A stretch of 64,000 bases of DNA. Origin: Flaccisagitta enflata. Lineage: Eukaryota. The DNA lies in assembly GCA_965153355.1 (NCBI GenBank), contig OZ231126.1, positions 23,126,001-23,190,000 of the forward strand, read 5' to 3'. The translations under genes were made by a program, and so were the position numbers. Below the pieces are notes generated by a model that saw only the letters and a list, made by a program, of their open reading frames with translations, had not been told where the DNA came from and made no database searches. Of this stretch, positions 52,969 through 64,000 are shown one piece after another; within the stretch, counting starts at the first letter, position 1, and the number at the start of each line of letters is the position of its first letter.

Positions 52969-53580
52969 TTGGGCAGCGGCCCGAAGGGGTCAATGACATA
53001 TGCTTTCACACATATGGGGGATTTTCTCCTCCTTCTTTGTCCGTCCGTCCGTCCCCCCAGTCTTGAGGCCTAAATCCCAGTCCTGAGACCAAAATCCCAG
53101 TCTCGTGGCCCAAATCCTATCCAAAAGGACCAAATCCTAGCCTCAAGGCCCAAATTTTAGCCAAGAGACCCAAATCCCAGCCTTGGGGCCAAAATATCAT
53201 CCTTTAGGCTCAAATCCAAGCCGTGAGGCCCAAATCTAAGCCTCAAGGCTCATATCCCAGCCTCAAGGATGAGATTTGGGTCTCAAGGCTGGGATTTGGG
53301 CCTCCAGGCTAGGATTTGGGCCTTGAGGCTAGGATTTGGTCTTTTTGGATAGGATTTGGGCAACGAGACTGGGATTTGGGTCTTGAGATTAGGATTTGGG
53401 CCTTGAGACTGGGGGGGTGGGTGGGCGGGTGGTGGAGGAGGAGAAAATCCCCCATATGTGTGAAAGCATAGGTCATCGACCCCTTCGGGGCCCCTGCCCT
53501 ACTTCCCCTTCAACTTCAAGCACAACTTACTAGGGCAGGGCACGGGTACCGCTGACCAGCTAGCGCTTTTGCGACTATTA
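52969..53580 (+). mobile_element. HINE-like family C with inverted 20-bp arrays (GAGGCCCAAATCCCAGCCTY)
   Basis: TTGGGCAGCGGCCCGAAGGGGTCRATGACMTATGCTTTCACACATATGGGG inverted ends plus tail ...GGGTACCGCTGACCA..GCGCTTTTGCGACTATT. Other copies at about 3630-4180, 25965-26444 and 48586-49211. Confidence 0.75.
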
Positions 53581-53897
53581 GGATTTAATTGATTGACTTC
53601 CGGAGACCCGATCCATACACTTCGGACCTTATTCCTTGCCGACTTTAGCGCCATTTTGGTTGTTGTTGTTGTTATTTGCCGGGGAGTCTTACCCGGAAGG
53701 AGGGTGTACAGATTTGGCTTCTTCGAGAGGCTATACGGCCACCACATTGGGCTCATGTACTTTGGCCTGTTTGTATTTAGACTCCAAATTCAGGTGTGTC
53801 AGGGTGTCATTGTGTTGTCTTGTATTGTCCTACGGCCTACCCTCCCCTCTGTGCTAGCTATTTTCATTATTCGCCATTTTGGTCGCCGTCGTCGTCT

Positions 53898-54969
<1,072 letters not shown>

Positions 54970-55054
54970 TGTTCCGTTTCATGCTAATCTGAGGCTTTAT
55001 CGGATATTATATATGATATATAATTCATATCTATCTCGTGGAAAAACTAAGCTA

Positions 55055-55835
55055 CACTTTTTTTTTAATAAGAGACCAGTTTATAAGAGACATGAGCCTG
55101 AGATTTGCCGAAATTTTTAGAACAAAATAAGAGAATGCCCAGGCTGAGATTCAGCTTTGGCCATTTTCGAAAACAATTTTATTCAAGTTTCTTATCTAAA
55201 AAATGAATTTTATTCAATTTTTTTCAGAAATATAGGTTGTTTATCTTTAAGAATAATTTTCTCTCTTGGTTTGCCTATGAAATCAGGCATTATATTGGGG
55301 TTGACATAGGATTTTTGAGAGGGTTGTTTCAGGAGGAAGAGAGTTTCTTGCTATATTTGGTATATGAGGAGTATAAGAAGGTGCCCAGATGGATATGGTC
55401 TCTTCATATGGTCGCCATATTTATCAAGTGTTTTCTTGTGGTCTGCATATCTCATGTATAGAAAGAAATTGGTTGCCCTTTTCTAAATGTTGCATAACCT
55501 TTGACAAGTCCTATGATAATTTCTGAAGAGGGAATATTTTTTCAGAAATTTATAGGATAGTTGTGATGGGTCCGGATTAAACAACAGTTAGAGCTCCAAA
55601 GGCTCTTGTCCTTATTTTAGATATTGTTGAGTAGTAATGTTGTCCAACTTTCATAACAATTATCAAGTTTCAGATACAACTGCTCTAAATGAGGTATTTT
55701 TTTACAATTTAGACATTTATGAACATTAAACAAATTAAGAAAACTTTAAGAGAATTTCAGGCTGAAAACAGACAAAAATTTAAGAAAACCCAGGCTGAGT
55801 TAAAAAAAGCTGTCTCTTATATAAAAAAAAAAGTG
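55055..55835. mobile_element. TA-flanked MITE with CAGGCTGAG subterminal motifs
   Basis: TA-CACTTTTTTTTTAATAAGAGAC ... GTCTCTTATATAAAAAAAAAAGTG-TA. Confidence 0.75.
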
Positions 55836-56869
55836 TATCAGTGATTTTGTGGATGAGCCGCAGCTCCATAGACGTACTGCAAATTCGGCACTCAGTGTCG
55901 TTTCAATTTTCCCGACTTTCCAATTTATAAAAATGGATCCTAAAATGTGATGATGAATATGAATGTGATTAGATTTTTTCATCTTTTAAAGAATCTAGAA
56001 TGTTCAGCGTATAAAAAAAGTTATACCTTAAAAAGATTCATTTACACATCTAGCTTTACCTGCCCTCTATGGTCTCAGATAGTAGCGTCGCCCCTGTCTA
56101 CCAATGTGTCAAAAGACTAGATCAAAAAAATGTTGATTGATTTCAAATCTTTGTCATGCCCTCTGGTCAGTGGGATCGGGAAGTGATGTCAGGGACGTCA
56201 GCTTGTAAACTCCCTTGTTGTCGGACACTACTTGCTGTTGGATATTAATTCAATTATGAAAGAATAAGAAAAAAACAGAAGAAAAAAAAAAAGGAAAATC
56301 CGAGTCACTCGGATGATCCTTTTCATTTTGCCCCCTAGGGCCCTACGAAATAGGCATTTTTAACTTTAATGATTAGAAACTACAGACAGACTGAAAAGGT
56401 GTGGAGGCACATTGAGATGATTGGAAAAGAATTGGCTGTCGATCAAATTGACATAATTACCACATGCAAAAATGACATGTAAATATCATTTATGACATAC
56501 GTAATCTTACCCAGAAAGTACGCTTGGCAAGTGCATAATTGACAAATGCATACCTATTCACATTCACATACTTGATTTGCGAAAACATGGCATCAACGTA
56601 CTTATCATTTACATGCTTGCTATGCACACACTATTTTACATCACATGAACATAATCGACTTAGGCATACTTAACGCATACATAGATGGTATTTATATGCT
56701 TGACATGCCATTCTGTCTGCCATACAAAAGTACAAATGGACAGAAAACGATCTTTATGAATAAAAGATATTTACTCCGTATTGACCTAAAAATGCAAAAA
56801 AGCTCATCTTTAGATATTCGACCGATGGTCTGACTCTGACACCGACAGAGGATAGTAAGACATGGACAA

Positions 56870-57065
56870 TTTTTAGTCGCGTGCTACGCGACTCTACATC
56901 CCGCTTTGTCGGTCCGTCGGTCCGTCCGTCCGTTCGTCACACTTTACTTTTTTGTTTTTTTTGCGGTTTATGGCCTCACCGCTCCTGCCCAAATGATCAA
57001 GTGACCTCAAATATAGCCCCTGCCCACCCGCACGCGACTGGGGTAGCCGTGTATCCGGCCTTGTT
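56870..57065 (+). mobile_element. Helentron-associated (HINE/DINE-1-like) element, family A, representative copy
   Basis: TTTTT-AGTCGCGTG-cta-CGCGACT 5' palindrome, (GTCS)n central repeat, 3' CACGCGACT subTIR, GCCG-tgtat-CCGGC hairpin, TTGTT end, no TSD. Other copies at about 590-790, 2512-2716, 5845-6052, 12078-12235, 14120-14362, 15123-15225, 22270-22410, 23703-23876, 25840-25965, 27490-27700, 32050-32287, 34810-35020, 35375-35586, 36325-36547, 38151-38314, 38748-38901, 39165-39310, 50818-50978 and 54157-54371. Confidence 0.8.
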
Positions 57066-57392
57066 ACTAAGAATAGCTAAAGAGAATGAATATCTTAGCG
57101 ATCTTAGCGATCTTAGTGATTTAAGAAAAATTGGACTACATCTTCTAAGAAGAAATATCATGAGTTGATAGGTCTCTATGAGGGGTAAAGTAAACTTATC
57201 CATATAAAAATGATAACAAGTAACAGAATGTAATATGTGACAGAATGCCCTCATTAGTTTTCATCAAAAAGTTTTTACACCATGACGCCTGCGAAAATGC
57301 CAGCGTAATCATGAACTATAGGATGAGTTTCGGGTTGAATGGTTTCAAACTTTGCCCTCAGAAAAAGTACCTACTCTTAGACCTCTTCCATC

Positions 57393-60300
57393 TCAGTTTA
57401 TCCTCAGGAAGGATTCTTTACCCATCTTGGAGCTGATCCAGCTTCTGAACTGAGAGACTTCGGTGAAGACTCCTGGTCCTCCGTTGCAATCCCTGGGACC
57501 GTATGAAACGATACCAACGATGGTTCCTCCACATGCCAGGGGACCACCAGAATCACCCTACATTGTTTGAGGGAGATAAAAAGTATCTTAAAAATATCGT
57601 TGAAAAAATGTTGAAAATTGTGTTGATTTGGGAAGACAACATTCTTTGTTAATTTTGTCTTAGAATCCACTCGCTGATTAAACCAAGCGTGATGGTAATA
57701 TCTGTTGGGGAATTACTTTTTGAAATGATACGCATTCTGTTTGTAATTTCTTTCGTAGGATTACCTTGCTTAGACCAATATGGTCGAAAATGAGCGATAG
57801 GATTAACATAGAATCGAAAGGAATTTTTAAGTTTCCTTCTATTTTTGTCTAATATAGTAAATGAACAAAACAAAAATCAGATGAGATCATCATCGTGCAA
57901 TGTTTACCATGCAAGCAGACCATCTTCCGGGTTGTCCAAAGGCGACCGTGTTATTGGGTTTGCCCCAAACGGACTGCGCTTGGGAGCGGGTCCAAATTTG
58001 GCCAGATACCTGTGAAAAAGAAAATTCTGTCATTCCTCAAGAGCTCGTCGCAAAATGAGGTAAAGATGTATGACAAGTGGAACAATATTCCTCACTACAC
58101 CCAAGCTGAACTAAATGGAAGAGGGCCTTGAAAACCCTCACTGACTAGTCAATAAAACAGAATCTGAAAAACATTTTCTCAATCTAAATGCAAACCATGA
58201 ATCGGTTCATCGTTTTTTTGGCGATTTCTCACAAGTCTGTCGGGAGCTTCTGTTTTTTTCCTGAATCCTCCGCCAAAGCGAAGCTTTGATTCGAGCAGAT
58301 TCAGGCAGTAAAGAGTAAAACCAAACCCACCCCTGGCCCTTACGCCAACCCTATCCTAACCTTAACCCTAAAACCATTCCCATCCCCAACCATAACCCCC
58401 ACCTAACCATGGCAAAAAAAAAAAAAGAGATAAATTGTTTTTCAATGTTTCACATTAATCCAATAAGAAAAACATAGCAAAATCCATGACTGTTTTAAAG
58501 ATCTTCAAAAAATCTTTTAAAATGGGACCATGCTGGTTGTTATAGCTTTATTCGTTTAGAAATGATAAAGGGATAAAGAGTAGATGGTCAAGACTGTAAA
58601 AGCCAAGTTGAAAAAGCTTTACTTTTTGGTTAGTTCAGAAAAAAAAAAACAGAGAAAAAGAAAATTTTGAACTTTTTCTTTAAGGTATTTTCAAAGATTT
58701 TTGAATTTTCTTTCATTCAAGACCAGTCCCAGATCTGTAACTCAAACCGTTTAGAAGTTAGAGCTTGTCAAAGTGAATTACTTCTTTTCAAAACCTTTTG
58801 AATACAGTTGAATTGCAAAATTGAATATGGCAATGTTTTCATTCATTTTTGTGCCATTTCTAAACGAAAAAAGCTAGAACTACCAGCAATGTCGCGTTTG
58901 AAAGATCTTTTGCAGATCTTTCAAATCTTTCAAATCTTTCAAATCTTTTTTATATTTCATATCGTTAACTCAGCAGAAATAAGCTAGATAAGTTGTCTCT
59001 TTTTTTTTTGCCATGGTTATAACCCTAATTTAAAATAAAACGCATAGACTTATAAACATAAGACGTCAAAGATTTTTTTGAGAATACCGGTTCGGTTTTA
59101 TCTCGTTTCTTAACACACTCATTTGGTTGCATTTGATATTGATTGATCACGTGAATTTTATGAGGCCCACGGCCATGGTCATTTACTTTTTGCAATTGAT
59201 CGGCGTCTTGTTCGGGATTTGTTCTTACTAGTCCCCATCCAGACAAAGTGCAGGTTTGGCCACGGTAATCAGCTCCCGGGGATGGCAGAGAGGCAGTGCC
59301 AACACCTGCGCCTATTTGCGTGTTGGGGAAGAAAGGATCGTTAACACAATTGAAAAAGAATACGTAAAATTTCATCAAGTTGCTTTATATATCGTTTGAT
59401 GATGCCACTAAACTAAAGATGCCAATTTACTAAAGAAATCGTTCCATAATGGCCGTTCTTTAAAAGGAGGTTCTATATAAAACAAAGGCACATCTCTTCG
59501 TCTACAGGGTGTTGCGCGCCGACTTTGACCAAAGAAAACGATGTAATTCTGCATTGGAAAATGATAAATTGAATAAAAAAAAAACTGTTTTAAAGCTCTG
59601 TAAAAGCAATTTTATCTTATTCTGATTGGTTTCAACCTTCTATGTTTTTTGCCCCTCTTTAAAATGCATTAAAAAAAAACCTTCATTTTAAAAAAATTCA
59701 TTTTTGCAATTTTTGCATTATTAAAGCAGTTGAACCTTTCATCTTTAATTCAGGGTAATTTCGAAACAAATTGAGCTAAATCAGTGGGATTGGACTCATA
59801 TCGAAGCTAATTTGATGAATTTCATGAAAATGGTGGAACAGACCTAATCAAAGCATATCCTTTAAAAAAACATGTTTTTTCTTTGCCACTTTCAAAGAGT
59901 TGCTTTAAAAAGATGATTCTTTTTAGGCGCCTAAACTGGTCCAAATGCTTATATCTGAAAAAAAAATTGAGCACATCTAAAATCTACACTGAATTGGCAT
60001 TAGTTTAAGCCCAAGTTCATTATTTTTTCTAAATTCTCTGAAAGGATATAAAGGTGAGAAGTGCAAAAACCTTAAAAATTATTAATTTTCTTCTGAAATA
60101 TGGAAAAAAGCTTTTTGATCTTGACAAAAAGTAATCATTCCGCATAGACTGTGAACAAAATCGCAAAAAATTGTTTTTAAATGGCTTTCTGGAACTGTTT
60201 TCAAATTCTATTTACCATTTCTAGAAGCATTATTGCGTCGTTTTCTTTTGTCACAGTCGGCGCGCAACACCCTGTATTACCACTTACCACTGGCGGGGCG

Positions 60301-61604
60301 TGCCAATTGCAAGAGGGCGATATCATTCTGGAACAGTTGAGGACTGTTGTATGAAGCGTGAACGTGGATGGCTCTCACGGGAAGATCTTGTTCAGTTCCG
60401 TCTCTAGAATTCAAGTGCCATTCTCCAACGCGGACCTGAAATGATGATGTCATAGATTTATTAGGATCGTTTGGGATCGTTTGAATATTCTTGACAAGAT
60501 GACCGCGAAACAAAATTTCAAAATGGATATGTCGATCCATGAGTAGCTGATGGTTACAAAAATGGACGAATGTGATAAGATGAATGAACAAATGAATAAA
60601 TGCTTGAATGAATGTATGAATGAATGAATGAATGAATGAATGAATGAATGAATGAATGAATGAATGAATGAATGAATGAATGAATGAGTGGTCTAATGAA
60701 GGACGGAAAAATACAGAAAAGAATCGACGGATGAATGATAGAGTTAATGAATGGACTGATGGATATTTGGGGAAAAGTTAATTTGTGATGATGCAATGCT
60801 CACTCTGTACGTGGAAGGGCTACTGTCAATGCAATGAGCGGCGCAAAGGACCCACGTGCTGCTGATCAGAGTTCCGCCGCAAATGTGCTCACTACCGCTT
60901 CCATTGACCATTTGAAGAGAAATCTGAAATACAAGGAGACTCTCAGAGAAACAACAAAAACAGATATCGTAGGCGTTAGGTGACAAGCATGCCTTTTTTG
61001 CCAGGTGACACGATCTTTTCAATTTGTTGCATCTTTTCGCATGGGGTTTTATGTTTGGATATTTCAACCTCAATAGACACGCCAGTAACCTGATACATCA
61101 GCTATGACAGACAAAGAATCGACCTGGTAAGGGATTTCGCCTTTGCCGGCCGGTTGGCCTCCGATGATGTAGGAAGAGTCATCGGCCCCGCGCTCCTCGA
61201 TTTCTAGATAATGATAGAAAAGGTATGTTAATATATTTTGTGGTATGTATTGGTTCGCAGTTTTTTTAATTGTCCACTATTAGGCAGCCATTTTGTAATT
61301 GATGCTCTTTGTATCTTTCTCCCATCTTTTTCACCTAACTAAATTGGTTCCACTTAGTTATTGCACTGGGAAAGATGCATAACCGTATACACTCTTTTTT
61401 TTCATAAGAACCAAGTTTAACCACATGGGTTTCTTTTTGTTATTGCACTGACAACGATGTGCAGGTGGGTTGAGTGAGATAAAGTGGCGTTAGGTGTTTT
61501 TTTCCCATCGGAGTGGGATTTGATGGACTGTGCTTACCTAATGTCCATGAAATCGTAATCATGACAAAAACAAAACGAAAGGCACCATTTTTTGTGAGTT
61601 TCAT
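57393..61604 (-). CDS. Secreted chymotrypsin-like serine protease (peptidase S1A), 7 coding exons
   Basis: Exons 61604-61538 (signal MKLTKNGAFRFVFVMITISWTL), 61203-61124 (..DDSSY-IIGGQPAGKGEIPYQ), 60923-60804 (HICGG..CAAHC), 60435-60288 (NDIALL), 59311-59187 (CTLSGWG), 58009-57908 (SACM), 57557-57393 (GDSGGPL...GVFTEVSQFRSWI...*). All AG/GT and in phase; H-D-S triad intact; Ser189/Gly216/Gly226 pocket. Confidence 0.95.
59505..60274. mobile_element. Tc1/mariner-type MITE in a protease intron
   Basis: TA-CAGGGTGTTGCGCGCCGACTTTGACCAAAGAAAACGA ... TCGTTTTCTTTTGTCACAGTCGGCGCGCAACACCCTG-TA. Confidence 0.92.
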
Positions 61605-62179
61605 ATTGGTTTCGCTACGGGATTACTTTCGATGTGTAATTGGTGACTTCGTACTTGGAAACTATATTGTTCAAGAAAATTTCAAAGAATTTTTTCGTGG
61701 AAATTCTACGCTAATGAAAGCCAGTATTTAACTTGCCTCAACACGTTGCGTCGACAATTAATCGCGATCGCGCGACATCGCATCGCGCGATGCACTCCTG
61801 GAATAAAACACCTTAAAGAGGCTCGATTATTTTCTACTGAACGGTTATTGTGCTGGTGAGGTGCCGCCACAACGAATAAGCCCGTAGTGGATCGTGCGGT
61901 TTTTGCAAGCGTCGACGTCATTCGATATCAAAATTAACCATCCAATATCTACAGAATAAGGTGATCATTTTAGTAAATGGGAACCAATAAATCAGGAAGC
62001 CATAGGAAGGCGGTTGAAACTTGTGTAATTGATTATGACTCATTTCGCACCTCTCTTTAATCGAACCATTTAAATCATTTCATATATAAGTGGAAAGAGA
62101 GAGAGATTGAAAGGAGGAAAGGAAGAGACTGAGAAAGAAAGAATGAGAGAACGAAAAAAGACGGGGAAAAAGAACAAAT

Positions 62180-62190
62180 GTAAGAAAAGA

Positions 62191-62221
<31 letters not shown>

Positions 62222-62228
62222 AAATGAC

Positions 62229-62293
<65 letters not shown>

Positions 62294-62351
62294 GAAAGAA
62301 AGAATGAGAGAACGACAAAAGATGGGAAAAAAGAACAAATGTTAGAAAGGA

Positions 62352-62408
<57 letters not shown>

Positions 62409-62420
62409 GAGAAAAAATGA

Positions 62421-62516
<96 letters not shown>

Positions 62517-62528
62517 AAAAAAGAAAAA

Positions 62529-62596
<68 letters not shown>

Positions 62597-62600
62597 AAAA
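62180..62600. repeat. (AAAG)n microsatellite
   Basis: Direct reading. Confidence 0.95.
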
Positions 62601-62941
62601 AAAAACAGAAAGAAAGAAACGAAACAAACAAACAAAAACAAACAAATACAAGAACAAAAAACAAAAGCAAGAAAAAAAATGACGTCGCTGATCTACCATC
62701 TCTATAAGTTGAAGTCATTAACAAGTGATGACGTCAGCATCCTTGCAAAGGGTCAGTCGCAGAATAAGTCGATAGACGATGATGACAACCACGATGGCAA
62801 CTACATGTACGACGTTGACGACGTCGACGACGAAGACGAAAGAGGTGGAAATAACGACGATAACGATGCTGACAGCAATGACGACGGTGGGGATGATGAC
62901 CGCGGTGATGAAGATGACAATGAATTTGACGAAGAAGATGA

Positions 62942-63227
<286 letters not shown>

Positions 63228-63366
63228 GATGCAAGCTCCATGACTGTCTGTTGCGTTGTTGAAACTGGGCGACGGTCGGGCCGGGCGGGACTCTCGTTAC
63301 TGCAACGATTCTTTTTACGACAATAAACGCGGGGCAAAGAGAAAAAGAGGCGGCCCCTTTCCGAGG

Positions 63367-63498
<132 letters not shown>

Positions 63499-63792
63499 GT
63501 AAAAGAGGATCAGAGAAACCAGTAATGATAATAGTAAAATGTCGAGTAATGATAATAATAAAACGATAATAGAAAAAGATGCGAAAGGCCTAAAGGTACG
63601 AGACGGAGGCTTGATTTTAGGCGTGAGCCGGTCGACGTGCATGCATCGCATCATTTTTGTATTCCATGCGTCTTATGGAATCCTCCGTGATGGTTTTGCC
63701 TGAGAAAAGAGGATGAACGAGACAACGCGTAACGCATTGATGGCCAAGACGTGTTCGCCGATAACAACAACAACAACAACAACAACAACAGC

Positions 63793-63833
<41 letters not shown>

Positions 63834-64000
63834 AAACGACAGCAAGGACAACGGACAACAACAACATCGCATCAACAACAGCAAAAACATCGACAACAAC
63901 AGCAACAACAGCAGCAACATGCAACAACAACAGCAACAACAACAGCAACAGCAAACAACAGCAGCGACAACAACAACAACGACGAGGACGACGACGTCGA

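Noticed and set aside
58320-58410. Interstitial telomere (CCCTAA-like)
   Set aside because: Only a few degenerate units in a protease intron; more likely a repeat-element fragment.
63617-63699. Possible terminal exon of an upstream minus-strand gene (ttctcag|GKTITEDSIRRMEYKNDAMHARRPAHA*)
   Set aside because: Good acceptor, but no recognisable homology and no partner exon in the window.

Overview
AT-rich, repeat-dense genomic DNA from an invertebrate animal; the protease resembles lophotrochozoan chymotrypsin-like enzymes, but the species cannot be fixed from sequence alone. All recognisable host genes are on the minus strand: (i) one coding exon of Ssdp/SSBP (LisH domain, 4561-4633; the gene continues off the left edge); (ii) a 5-exon Sushi/CCP type-I membrane protein gene with three disabling lesions (19965-35202); (iii) an intronless 417-aa protein made of two tandem MS4A/CD20-like 4-TM units (40700-41953); (iv) a possible small single-pass Cys-repeat protein (53898-54969); (v) a complete 7-exon chymotrypsin-like serine protease (57393-61604) lacking the Cys168-Cys182 pair. 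The rest is nested non-autonomous transposons (Helentron/HINE-like families, Tc1/mariner MITEs with TA duplications, hAT elements with 8-bp TSDs, TTAA-targeting elements), minisatellites and microsatellites. The most unusual structure is a ~4.4-kb imperfect palindrome (6845-11210). A central ~22-bp GGAAAAGTGGAAATATCCAGGT array is flanked on each side by a TATA box and two intronless, ATGA-overlapped zinc-finger ORFs pointing outward, resembling a head-to-head junction of a virus-like or mobile element. Exon and repeat coordinates were read by eye; element-family assignments are structural inferences, not database matches.
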